Positions 1 through 8,806 of a stretch of DNA of 64,000 nucleotides are shown here, one piece after another. The notes below the pieces were generated by a model, which saw nothing but the letters and a program-made list of their open reading frames with translations, made no database searches and was not told where the DNA came from. Each line of letters starts with the position of its first letter. Within the stretch, counting starts at the first letter, position 1. The position numbers and the translations under genes were made by a program. Origin of the DNA: Candidatus Magasanikbacteria bacterium UBA922 (GTDB taxonomy: Bacteria > Patescibacteriota > Patescibacteriia > Magasanikbacterales > UBA922). The stretch is taken from positions 9,430-73,429 of the forward strand of contig DBDW01000008.1 of assembly GCA_002293825.1 (NCBI GenBank), read 5' to 3'.

Positions 1-1
1 C

Positions 2-2167
2 TACATCGCGACACCCTATAAGCTGAAACCTTTTATCGAACAACAAATCAATGCTCAGTACCCCTATGCACATATCGAAGAAATAACTGATTACAATATC
101 TTCACCGAACATAGCTCGATTGTGGGTGCGTACCTCAAAGCAAAAGATGCTGCAGCGCTCCCTTTCAAAACATACAAAAAAATGGATTCAGATCCCTTAT
201 CAGGTATTCTAAACACCATTGCACGTATTCATGAATCTGAAAGTTCCGCTGCAATCCAATTCGTTATCCGTCCTGCGCATAAAAAATGGAGGCGAGAAGG
301 GGTGCGTATCGTACGCGAGGTGCGCAAAGGAAAACGTTTTGAAGAAGTGATTGGAAATAAACGTGTATTTGGCGGATTCCTCAATTCATTTGGTGCTGAA
401 GCAAAGCGACAAGTACTGGATCTCAATTCAAAAGAAAAAACTAAAGAATCGTATCAGCTCTCGGCCCTCGAAGAAGAGATGCTCAAAGGAATTGAAGAAA
501 AACTTTCAAAAGGAGGGCTTGATGCTACCATACGCATCGTCTCAGCATCGGATAATCCCGAACTCGCCAGACTCAATCTCGACAATATTGTCAATGCGTT
601 TAGTCCATACAATTTATATCGCTATGGTAACTCACTCGAAGCGATTGTACCAAAAAATCCTCAAAGCATTATTCGTGCGTTCATCTATCGATCATTTCAT
701 GAAAAAAGACACAGTATATTCAATACTGAAGAAATGGCAGGATTATGGCATCTCCCTCTTCATTCTACAGAAGCGCCTAATATCAAATGGCTCCTCGCAC
801 GCAAAGCACCTCCTCCTCCCAATCTCCCTTCAGCAGGTATCGATCTCGGTAGAGTTCTCTATCGCGGACAAGAATATCCTGTAAAAATGAAAGATGAGGA
901 TCGACGTCGACATCTCTATGTAATTGGTAAATCAGGAAGTGGAAAATCTGTCTTTATCGAAAATCTCGCCGTACAAGACGTAATCAATGGAAAAGGACTT
1001 GCGGTAATTGACCCACACGGAGATTTTGCAGAATACGTACTCGAACATATTCCAAAAGAACGCGCTGATGATGTCATCATCTTCAACCCTTCTGATTTCG
1101 AACGTCCAATTGGGCTCAACATGCTTGAAGCAAAGAGTGAAGATGAAAAAGACTTTGCCGTGCAAGAAATGATTGCCATTTTCTACAAGCTCTTTCCACC
1201 TGAGATGATCGGACCCATGTTCGAACACAACATGCGAAACGTGATGCTGACACTCATGGCAGATCTCGAGAATCCAGGAACTATTATCGACATCCCCCGC
1301 ATGTTTACCGACGATGCATACGTAAAAAAATATTTGGTAAAACTAAAAGATCCGGTAGTCAGAGCATTCTGGGAAAAAGAAATGGCAAAGACAAGCGACT
1401 TCCATAAATCAGAGATGCTTGGATATCTGATCTCAAAAGTGGGTCGATTCGTCGAAAATGAAATGATGCGAAACATCATGGGTCAACAGAAATCAGGATT
1501 TGATTTCCGAGATATCATGGATAATCAAAAAATTCTTATCGTGAATCTTGCAAAAGGAAAAACAGGAGAAGTAAATGCAAAACTAATCGGTCTCATCATT
1601 GTAGCAAAACTTCAGATGGCTGCACTCGGGCGTGCTGATCTACCTGAAGATGAACGAAAAGATTTTTATCTCTATATCGATGAGTTCCAAAACTTTATCA
1701 CCGACTCAATCGCGACCATTCTCTCTGAAGCTCGAAAATATCGCCTGGATCTCATTATCGCTCACCAATACCTCGGACAATTGACTGATGATAAAGGAAA
1801 ATCTGATATCAAAGATGCAGTACTCGGTAATGCGGGTACCATGGCTGCCTTCCGTATTGGCCCTGAAGATTCCGAAATATTAGCAAAAGAATTTGCGCCT
1901 GTATTCGGCCCGTATGACCTCATGAATGTAGAAAAATTCACTGCAAATATCAAACTTCTCATAGACAACGAACCAACAAAACCATTCAACATGGCAACCT
2001 ATCCTCCCACCAGAGGAAACAAAGATCTTGGCAATGCCATACGAGAGCTCTCACGTCTCAAATATGGACGCGATCGACGAATCGTAGAAACCGAGATACT
2101 CGAACGTACCAAGCTGGGAGAAAGTAATGAACACAGCAAAACAGACATGATTGAGGCAAGTCTCTAA
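2..2167 (+). CDS. VirB4/VirD4(TraG)-like HerA-FtsK superfamily ATPase (type IV secretion DNA-binding domain protein), 5'-partial
   Basis: Frame open from position 2 (YIATPYKLKPFIEQQINAQYP...); Walker A DRRRHLYVIGKSGSGKS, IDPHGD, Walker B LYIDEFQNF, SEARKY, AHQY. Confidence 0.85.
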   Translation, partial: YIATPYKLKPFIEQQINAQYPYAHIEEITDYNIFTEHSSIVGAYLKAKDAAALPFKTYKKMDSDPLSGILNTIARIHESESSAAIQFVIRPAHKKWRREGVRIVREVRKGKRFEEVIGNKRVFGGFLNSFGAEAKRQVLDLNSKEKTKESYQLSALEEEMLKGIEEKLSKGGLDATIRIVSASDNPELARLNLDNIVNAFSPYNLYRYGNSLEAIVPKNPQSIIRAFIYRSFHEKRHSIFNTEEMAGLWHLPLHSTEAPNIKWLLARKAPPPPNLPSAGIDLGRVLYRGQEYPVKMKDEDRRRHLYVIGKSGSGKSVFIENLAVQDVINGKGLAVIDPHGDFAEYVLEHIPKERADDVIIFNPSDFERPIGLNMLEAKSEDEKDFAVQEMIAIFYKLFPPEMIGPMFEHNMRNVMLTLMADLENPGTIIDIPRMFTDDAYVKKYLVKLKDPVVRAFWEKEMAKTSDFHKSEMLGYLISKVGRFVENEMMRNIMGQQKSGFDFRDIMDNQKILIVNLAKGKTGEVNAKLIGLIIVAKLQMAALGRADLPEDERKDFYLYIDEFQNFITDSIATILSEARKYRLDLIIAHQYLGQLTDDKGKSDIKDAVLGNAGTMAAFRIGPEDSEILAKEFAPVFGPYDLMNVEKFTANIKLLIDNEPTKPFNMATYPPTRGNKDLGNAIRELSRLKYGRDRRIVETEILERTKLGESNEHSKTDMIEASL

Positions 2168-2210
2168 AATATACACACGTCACACTTGTTCACACACTAA
2201 CACACACTCT

Positions 2211-2957
2211 ATGGATCACATCTCAAGTCTCTTACACAACACCCCTTCTCCGAATGACATGAACATTAGTCGAGGAATACCTACGTTTGATGACACTCCA
2301 CTAGAACCCACACCTGAGCCGGTCCTATCCCCTATTACTAACACCAATAGCCCTTCCTCTTCTCCATCTACGACAGAAACAACAAAAACTGTCAGTACTG
2401 ATACACCGGCACTTGATATTGCTGATATAAAAAAACGTCTCTATCTACTCAAAGATGAAATAGCATCAATCATTCGCACACTTGAAATAGGCGGTGCATT
2501 ACCCGAATACACTAGCGGAACCCAAACCATGCCACGCGGCCGTACACCATCGACAGAAGAAACGCATATCACTATATCATCTGGAGAAAAAATTATTGAA
2601 GGAACCTTCACTGGAGAAAAAATGCGTGGCCCCGATGGACAAGAATATGCAGTTCCTCCAAATTATGCGAGTAAATCAAAACTAGTCGAAGGCGACCGAA
2701 TGAAATTGACCATTACCACTCACGGAAAATTCATCTACAAACAAATCGGACCAATTGAACGAAAACGCATTATCGGAATATTGCAATTCGATGAAAGCAC
2801 TCAATTGTGGAGTGTGATACACGAAGGAAGAATGTATCACATCCTTACTGCTTCTGCGACGTTCTATCACGGAAAACCAGGAGATCATGTGGTCATACTT
2901 GTTCCCAAAGATATTCCATGTAGTTGGGGAGCAGTAGAAAATATTATTGCTTCATAA
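2211..2957 (+). CDS. Conserved hypothetical protein (Pro/Thr-rich N-terminus, C-terminal beta domain)
   Basis: ATG at 2211 in the ORF frame; C-terminal IIEGTFTGEKMRGPDGQEYAVPPNYASKSKLVEGD resembles a recurrent CPR family (recollection). Confidence 0.7.
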   Translation: MDHISSLLHNTPSPNDMNISRGIPTFDDTPLEPTPEPVLSPITNTNSPSSSPSTTETTKTVSTDTPALDIADIKKRLYLLKDEIASIIRTLEIGGALPEYTSGTQTMPRGRTPSTEETHITISSGEKIIEGTFTGEKMRGPDGQEYAVPPNYASKSKLVEGDRMKLTITTHGKFIYKQIGPIERKRIIGILQFDESTQLWSVIHEGRMYHILTASATFYHGKPGDHVVILVPKDIPCSWGAVENIIAS

Positions 2958-3004
2958 TACAAGAAGACGAGACCTGCATCGCTTGAAAAAATTAATTAAA
3001 GAAC

Positions 3005-3030
3005 AAAAAACCCCGGACTAACCGGGGTTT
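3005..3030. terminator. Intrinsic terminator between convergent genes
   Basis: AAAAAA-CCCCGG-ACTAA-CCGGGG-TTT. Confidence 0.8.
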
Positions 3031-3054
3031 AAAATTTTTCGACTCAATCGTGCC

Positions 3055-3318
3055 TTAGGCAGCAGTCAAGTGATTGTTTACGAGCTTCGCCATTTCAAAC
3101 ATGGTCACTTCACTCTTACCACCAAAGATTGCTTTAAGCTTGTCATCAGCCAAAATGTTTCGTTTGTTCTTTGGATTCTGAAGATCATTCTTCTTGATGT
3201 ATTCCCAGATTTTCTTTACTACCTGTGAGCGAGGCATTGGACCTGCTCCTACTACTGCTGCGAGCTCCGCAGACACCTTGTATGGTCTGAGAAGTGCTGG
3301 ATTTGCTTTGCGTGGCAT
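3055..3318 (-). CDS. Stand-alone SWIB/MDM2 domain protein
   Basis: SAELAAVVG..PMPRSQVVKKIWEYIKKNDLQNPKNKRNILADDKLKAIFG..VTMFEMAKLVNNHL is the SWIB signature. Confidence 0.9.
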   Translation of the reverse strand: MPRKANPALLRPYKVSAELAAVVGAGPMPRSQVVKKIWEYIKKNDLQNPKNKRNILADDKLKAIFGGKSEVTMFEMAKLVNNHLTAA

Positions 3319-3517
3319 AGAAATATGATTAAATTATTAAATGTGTTACCGCGAGTTCCAATGACAGGAGTGGCCTCGCAAGTACTATGCAGTGCCTAGT
3401 ATATCACTGAGGGTATTCCCTCGCAAGAGCTTATACCTTTTTACCGATTTGTACGGTCCAAAAAACTACGATATACTACGATTCTATTTTGTTCACCCAG
3501 TCTCATTAGTATACCCT

Positions 3518-5131
3518 ATGGCACTCTATCACAAACACCGACCACAGACCTTCGATACTGTGATCCATCAGGAACACATTGTCACCACACTCAAAAACGA
3601 ATTGACCAGCGGTAAGATAGCGCATGCCTATCTCTTTTCAGGTCCACATGGTGTCGGTAAGACTACTACAGCCCGTATTTTAGCCAAATCTTTGAATTGT
3701 ACCGGACGAAAAAAAGATGACCCAAACCCTTGCGATACCTGCGATTCATGTAAAGATATCTCTCAATCACGGTCTATTGATGTGATTGAGATTGATGCAG
3801 CAAGCCAGACCGGTGTAGACAATGTACGAGAAAATATTATTGAAAATGCGCAATTCAAACCCACTCGTGGAACCTACAAAATTTTTATCGTGGACGAAGT
3901 ACATATGTTGTCCACAGCTGCCTTCAATGCGCTTCTAAAAACACTCGAAGAGCCACCCTCTCATGTAGTATTCATTCTGGCTACCACTGATGCACAAAAA
4001 CTTCCTGCAACAGTAGTTTCTCGTTGCCAACGTTTCACCTTTGGCAAAGTTCCTGATGAAACCATGAAAAAACATTTATCACATATTGCACAGGAAGAAG
4101 GTGTTACTATTGATGACGACATTCTACATGCGGTGGTACGCAAAGCGCGCGGTGGAGCACGTGATGCTGTAAGTATTCTCGATCAATTGATCGCGCTTGG
4201 CGAGACACACATTACCAAAGAAAACGCTTCTTTTGTGATGCCGACCACTTCAAACGAATCACAACTCTCCTTTCTCACACATATCGTACAAAAAAATTCC
4301 GCAGCCGCTCTTGAGAGCATTCGTACACTAAGTGAACATGGAATATACCCCTATATTTTCGCAGAGGAATTAGTAGGACTTATGCGAATATTCCTCATCG
4401 CTTCGGTAGATTCCAATCTCGCAAAAAAGGAGGCATATCTTCCCGATAGTGATTTTGCTACACTCGAAGCACTGACGAAACAAATTTCTCGTGGAGATAT
4501 TGTACGATTACTCGATCGCACCATTAGTCGTATGTATGAAATAAAATCTTCTCCACTTCCCTATCTACCACTTGAACTACTTGTCGTCGAATGGAGTGGA
4601 TCAGGAGACCATTCAGTTCCTACTACACCCGTGAACACTTCGCGAATCACACCACCAATTTCACCATCCACGCCACCACCGACAACAAAGACCACTACGC
4701 CGCCCTCAATTCCAGCACCTGAAACTGTAATCGTAACACCTGCAGAAGTAGCACCCACCTCTCCTTCACACACCACCGCGTCACCAGAAACCCAACAAAT
4801 TCCCGCATCAGTCGATGCCTCTACGGTATCTAAAGCATGGAACGCGGTTATCAAAGATATGGAGAAAAGCACCCCTTCTCTCATCTTTATCCTAAAAAAT
4901 GCAACACTCCGACCCGTGAATAATGGTGTTCTTCCTGTAGATGTAGCTTATAGTTTTCACCAAGATAAACTCAACCAAACTGCAAATAAGAAAAAGATAG
5001 AAGAAGGGCTTACACACCATCTCGGATTTCGTCTTACGCTCGACGTAAGCGTCGACCCGAGCAAACAACCGAGAGATGCTGCGGCAGATCTCAATGACCT
5101 TGCTGCGGCATTTGGCGGAAGCGTGGTCTAG
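3518..5131 (+). CDS. dnaX: DNA polymerase III subunit gamma/tau
   Basis: LYHKHRPQTF, GPHGVGKTT, Zn motif C..PC..C..C, EIDAAS, DEVHMLS..AFNALLKTLEEPP, SRC; ATG at 3518; Pro/Thr-rich linker. Confidence 0.95.
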   Translation: MALYHKHRPQTFDTVIHQEHIVTTLKNELTSGKIAHAYLFSGPHGVGKTTTARILAKSLNCTGRKKDDPNPCDTCDSCKDISQSRSIDVIEIDAASQTGVDNVRENIIENAQFKPTRGTYKIFIVDEVHMLSTAAFNALLKTLEEPPSHVVFILATTDAQKLPATVVSRCQRFTFGKVPDETMKKHLSHIAQEEGVTIDDDILHAVVRKARGGARDAVSILDQLIALGETHITKENASFVMPTTSNESQLSFLTHIVQKNSAAALESIRTLSEHGIYPYIFAEELVGLMRIFLIASVDSNLAKKEAYLPDSDFATLEALTKQISRGDIVRLLDRTISRMYEIKSSPLPYLPLELLVVEWSGSGDHSVPTTPVNTSRITPPISPSTPPPTTKTTTPPSIPAPETVIVTPAEVAPTSPSHTTASPETQQIPASVDASTVSKAWNAVIKDMEKSTPSLIFILKNATLRPVNNGVLPVDVAYSFHQDKLNQTANKKKIEEGLTHHLGFRLTLDVSVDPSKQPRDAAADLNDLAAAFGGSVV

Positions 5132-5135
5132 AAAC

Positions 5136-5164
5136 AAAAAACGAGTGTAGCACACTCGTTTTTT
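5136..5164. terminator. Bidirectional intrinsic terminator
   Basis: AAAAAA-CGAGTGT-AGC-ACACTCG-TTTTTT. Confidence 0.85.
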
Positions 5165-5167
5165 ATA

Positions 5168-5482
5168 TTATTCAATCGGATATCCTTGCTCTCTCCACAA
5201 TCTCATACCACCCGTCATATTGTATACGGATCCGAATCCCATCATATCGAGCTGTGTAGCGGTGAGCATACTACGTCCACCTGATTGACATACGAGATAA
5301 ATAGTGTCATACGACCTCAGCTCCTCGGCACGTGCAGGAATATCGTTCATCGGTATATTGATTGCTCCAGGTATTTTTCCACTCTTCACCTCAAACGGAA
5401 ATCGCACATCGACAATTACTGATCCTGCTTTTTTCTCACCGAGCAACTTATGCAATTCTGTAGTCGTTATTTCTTTGAACAT
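5168..5482 (-). CDS. Rhodanese-like domain protein
   Basis: VDVR..E...GKIPGAINIP, active-site loop CQSGGRS, GGM..W. Confidence 0.9.
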   Translation of the reverse strand: MFKEITTTELHKLLGEKKAGSVIVDVRFPFEVKSGKIPGAINIPMNDIPARAEELRSYDTIYLVCQSGGRSMLTATQLDMMGFGSVYNMTGGMRLWREQGYPIE

Positions 5483-5494
5483 ATAGTAATGATG

Positions 5495-6013
5495 TTAAAA
5501 AATATTTTTGTCTTCAGGTACACTTAAAATATTTTGATAAACTTTTTGATAATTTATTTCTTTATTTTTAATTTTTTTAAGTAGCAATTTACATGCTTCA
5601 ATAAAATCTTCAAAAAAATACTCAAAACAAATTATAAGACGTTTTCCTTTTTCATCCTCTAACAAAGACTTATTACATCCATGTTTCTTTTGTGAAAGGC
5701 CAATACAATTACCGGGTCGAGAACTGTGAACCATTGAACATCTCAAATTTGAATATAAATCAAATTTATGTCCTTTTTTATTATAAATATGATAGTTTTG
5801 AGGAAACAATTCTCTAATAGCCAAACGAAATCTTTTTTCTGATAATCCACTATCATCCCAATCATAAGCATCTAGACATGCCCCTAAAAATTCAATTGAT
5901 GAAGCAATGAGTATAAAACCTAGATAAGCATGCTCCGCCTCACCATTATCATTAATTGTCATTTTTTTAATTTCTTCAATCAAAGGACCTTTTATAAAAC
6001 TAGAAACTAACAT
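5495..6013 (-). CDS. AT-rich hypothetical protein with a HEPN-like R-x4-H motif
   Basis: 172-aa helical ORF with SSIEFLG and LYSNLRCSMVH; very low GC (6/60 at 5521-5580). Confidence 0.6.
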   Translation of the reverse strand: MLVSSFIKGPLIEEIKKMTINDNGEAEHAYLGFILIASSIEFLGACLDAYDWDDSGLSEKRFRLAIRELFPQNYHIYNKKGHKFDLYSNLRCSMVHSSRPGNCIGLSQKKHGCNKSLLEDEKGKRLIICFEYFFEDFIEACKLLLKKIKNKEINYQKVYQNILSVPEDKNIF

Positions 6014-6029
6014 AAAAAAACTGTCTTTT

Positions 6030-6058
6030 AAAAAACACGACCATTTGGCCGTGTTTTT
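6030..6058 (-). terminator. Terminator downstream of tRNA-Gln(CTG)
   Basis: AAAAACACG-GCCAAATGGT-CGTGTTTTTT on the minus strand. Confidence 0.75.
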
Positions 6059-6059
6059 G

Positions 6060-6130
6060 CTCGGGGACAGGGACTCGAACCCCGATACACAGGACCAGAA
6101 CCTGTAGTCCTACCATTAGACGATCCCCGA
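6060..6130 (-). tRNA. tRNA-Gln(CTG)
   Basis: TCGGGGA acceptor pairs with TCCCCGA; anticodon arm ACAGG-TTCTGGT-CCTGT; T loop GTTCGAG; no encoded CCA. Confidence 0.95.
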
Positions 6131-6379
6131 ATGTGTTATACCTGTTAACCTTCGACTGAGACATGATCTACCATATCCTGTCTTTAGACTTTTTTCACGC
6201 TTAATTGCATCCTCTTTTACCAAACAAGCTTCATAATACACAAGCTTGAGAGGTCTGCGATTTTTTGTTGATTCAACTAAACCTTTATTGTGTTTAGTTA
6301 TCCTTTCTCGCAAATCCTGCGTCCAACCTATGTATAGATTACCATCTTTTATACTTTGCAAAACATATGTATAAAACAT
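6116..6379 (-). CDS. Small GIY-YIG nuclease (UPF0213-like) whose last 15 nt overlap the tRNA-Gln 5' end
   Basis: FYTYVL..LYIGWTQDL..R..HN, RP.KLVYYE, A.KRE..LK.G.GR; SD GGGAGGT before ATG 6379; the stop TAA lies inside the tRNA D arm. Confidence 0.9.
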   Translation of the reverse strand: MFYTYVLQSIKDGNLYIGWTQDLRERITKHNKGLVESTKNRRPLKLVYYEACLVKEDAIKREKSLKTGYGRSCLSRRLTGITHSGIV

Positions 6380-6396
6380 AGCCACCTCCCTTTAAA

Positions 6397-6453
6397 ACCA
6401 TTCGACCTGCCCGCATTGCTACGCAAAGCGTTGCAGGCGGGCGATCCCCGAAT
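6397..6453 (-). repeat. Duplicated tRNA-Gln 5'-end remnant interrupted by a 36-nt REP-like palindrome
   Basis: accattcgac(6397-6406)+gatccccgaat(6443-6453) matches accattagacgatccccgaat(6112-6132) 20/21; the insert 6407-6442 ctgcccgcattgctacgcaaagcgttgcaggcgggc is an imperfect hairpin. Confidence 0.85.
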
Positions 6454-6468
6454 AGATTTGATGGATAT

Positions 6469-6496
6469 AGTGTACCAAAATAATCAAAAAAGTCAA
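6469..6496 (-). promoter_or_regulatory. Sigma70 promoter for the GIY-YIG/tRNA-Gln unit
   Basis: TTGACT-16 nt-TACACT with upstream TG, about 15 nt before the tRNA remnant. Confidence 0.6.
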
Positions 6497-6562
6497 GAAT
6501 GGTATTGTAGACATCCACCATCATATGGTACAGTATGCACGCACAAAAAATAAATTTTCTGT

Positions 6563-7252
6563 ATGAATCTCAAGCTTGCTCTTGTTATTCTCACAAGCAC
6601 ATTTTTACTCACTGGATGCGGAGAGGTACCTACGCCGCGTCCCGACACTACGAGCACTGGCCTATCAGCCGAAGATCTCTTTGGTACTCAGCCAGCACAG
6701 AATTCAGCCGGATCAAAAAATATATCATTATCGCCCTCACAACTAACTACTACACCTTCTATGGAATTCGATGTCTCAAAACGTTATACCGCAATCCTCA
6801 ATACCAATAAAGGTAACATTGAAATCGCACTCAATTTCGGCCAAACTCCAAATACCGTAAAAAATTTTGTCGATTTATCGCGTAAAGGTTTCTATATCAA
6901 CACCATCTTTCACCGAGTGATCGAGGGATTTATGATTCAAGGGGGTGACCCCAATGGAAATGGTACTGGTGGACCAGGATACCGATTCCATGATGAGCCA
7001 TTTACCGGAGAATATACACGAGGTGCTGTAGCAATGGCGAATGCCGGACCAAACACCAACGGAAGTCAATTCTTCATCATGCATGCTGATTATCCATTAC
7101 CCAAAAATTATACAATTTTTGGTAGAGTAACCAAAGGAATGGACGTGGTCGATTCGATTGCCACCGATGAAGTACAGTATAGTCCCACAGGAGAGCTTTC
7201 ACAGCCTGTGACACCTGCAGTAGTACACAGTGTCGAGATTATCGAGTCCTAA
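6563..7252 (+). CDS. Cyclophilin-type peptidyl-prolyl isomerase, lipoprotein
   Basis: Lipobox LLTGC; FHRVIEGFMIQGGDP, AMANAGPNTNGSQFFI. Confidence 0.92.
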   Translation: MNLKLALVILTSTFLLTGCGEVPTPRPDTTSTGLSAEDLFGTQPAQNSAGSKNISLSPSQLTTTPSMEFDVSKRYTAILNTNKGNIEIALNFGQTPNTVKNFVDLSRKGFYINTIFHRVIEGFMIQGGDPNGNGTGGPGYRFHDEPFTGEYTRGAVAMANAGPNTNGSQFFIMHADYPLPKNYTIFGRVTKGMDVVDSIATDEVQYSPTGELSQPVTPAVVHSVEIIES

Positions 7253-7344
7253 AAAAACCAAAAACCCTGAACTATTGCTTATTTTAGCAAAAAGTGCTAT
7301 ACTCCCCGCTTATTCACGAATAGTGCTAATAAAAACTATATACT

Positions 7345-7848
7345 ATGCGTAATTTTAGAGACAATCGAGGTGGCGGAGGTGGTAGATTTGGGAAACGAAA
7401 TTTTGGAGGAAACCGTGGAGGATACGGTGGTGGCAATAGAGATCGCCGAGACGGTGACACTTCTAGACCTGGGATGCACAAGGCTACCTGTGCTGAATGT
7501 GGAAAGCCATGTGAAGTACCATTCCGACCTACCGGCGACCGACCGATTTTCTGTAGCGACTGTTTTGGTAAACAAGAAGGTAGAGGCAGTAGTCCACGTG
7601 AAAAAAAGTTTGATCGACCACGATTCGAAAACAAACGACCTGATTTCAGACCTGCTACTCCTGCACAAGATACCAAAGCATTCACTGACATCAAGCAACA
7701 ACTCGAACTCATGAACAATAAAATAGAAAGAATCTTGAGTCTTGTAATGCAGACGCCACCAACTACGGAATCAGCTCCCGAAAAGAAAACTGAACCTAAG
7801 ACGAAAAAAGCAAAAGCAAAGAAAACTACTGCTAAAAAGAAGAAATAG
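7345..7848 (+). CDS. CxxC-x17-CxxC zinc-ribbon protein with RGG-rich N-terminus and Lys-rich C-terminus
   Basis: MHKATCAECGKPCEVPFRPTGDRPIFCSDCF. Confidence 0.85.
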   Translation: MRNFRDNRGGGGGRFGKRNFGGNRGGYGGGNRDRRDGDTSRPGMHKATCAECGKPCEVPFRPTGDRPIFCSDCFGKQEGRGSSPREKKFDRPRFENKRPDFRPATPAQDTKAFTDIKQQLELMNNKIERILSLVMQTPPTTESAPEKKTEPKTKKAKAKKTTAKKKK

Positions 7849-7861
7849 TTTCACTGTATAC

Positions 7862-7891
7862 AAAAAACATCCCTTTCGCAGGGATGTTTTT
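7862..7891. terminator. Bidirectional terminator
   Basis: AAAAAACATCCCT-TTCGC-AGGGATGTTTTT. Confidence 0.8.
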
Positions 7892-7900
7892 ATTTCACAT

Positions 7901-8659
7901 TTATGATTTCTTCTCATACTGATCGCAATAGTATGTAATCGCATCTCGCATGAATACCGCAAGTCCGGGTCGAAACTTTTCATAATATGCTGTGAATCTT
8001 GGGTCTTCGACATACATCGTGCCGAGGTTTCGAAACATTTCGTAACTGCACTCGTAGAAAAAGTTTATTCCGTCATGACTTTTCTTGATAAGTTCCTGTA
8101 CATCTGGATGATTAATTCCTTTGTCCATCGAATCAGCAATTGCAGTCGTATGTTTCTCCCCATCTTCTTTTAATTTCTGCATGTCAGCTTTAGTCATTTT
8201 ACTGACTTTTTTCATACTTTGTTTGTACGCATCGGTATTCCCCCATCGTTCTTTTACTTCATCTTGGTATTGTGTGACATCCTTATCTTTAAAAACATCA
8301 TATAGTTCTTTCTCATTGATTTTTTGATTCGAATTCATAGCGGTTATGGTTGTGTCAATTGCGTGAATTAATTTTTCAAGTCGTGCCTGTTTCAGTCGTA
8401 TGAGTTTCTTCTGTTCACGAAGGGCCTCAATTACACTGAAGCTCGGTCGATTGAGCATTCGCTTGATATCTTCAAGCGAAAATTCAAGTTCACGAAAAAA
8501 GAGTATCTGTTGCAAACGCAGAAGCTCTCTTTCTTCATAATAACGATACCCGTTTTTCGCACTATATGCGGGTTTAAGTAGCCCAATCTCATCATAATAA
8601 TGAAGGGTGCGAACACTAATACCAGCTAATTGTGCGAGTGCCTGAACGGTATATGGCAT
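7901..8659 (-). CDS. MerR-family regulator with TipAS effector domain
   Basis: LAGISVRTLHYYDEIGLLKP..NGYRYY; C-terminal EVKERWGNTDAYKQS and LG.MYVEDPRF..YY. Confidence 0.92.
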   Translation of the reverse strand: MPYTVQALAQLAGISVRTLHYYDEIGLLKPAYSAKNGYRYYEERELLRLQQILFFRELEFSLEDIKRMLNRPSFSVIEALREQKKLIRLKQARLEKLIHAIDTTITAMNSNQKINEKELYDVFKDKDVTQYQDEVKERWGNTDAYKQSMKKVSKMTKADMQKLKEDGEKHTTAIADSMDKGINHPDVQELIKKSHDGINFFYECSYEMFRNLGTMYVEDPRFTAYYEKFRPGLAVFMRDAITYYCDQYEKKS

Positions 8660-8806
8660 ACATTTTAGGATCCTACACTATCTATACTAAACTATTACGT
8701 AGCGTAAGAGTAAAGCTACTTTATCCACAATACACCAAAAAACCATATCAAAAAATTTAATTGTTATGTATCACGTTTTATGTGCCTATGCTACAATTCT
8801 GCGTAT

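Noticed and set aside
3346-3384. Hairpin in the SWIB gene leader (GCGAG..CTCGC)
   Set aside because: Single short stem with no recognisable riboswitch motif.
4423-4429. In-frame A_AAA_AAG slippery heptamer in dnaX
   Set aside because: It lies at about codon 302, inside domain III. A -1 shift would stop within about 7 codons and give a product too short for a gamma subunit, and no clear stimulatory hairpin is visible.
6060-6453. Treating the GIY-YIG segment as a tRNA intron
   Set aside because: The downstream tRNA is already complete, the upstream fragment is mutated and interrupted, and no group I core is visible.
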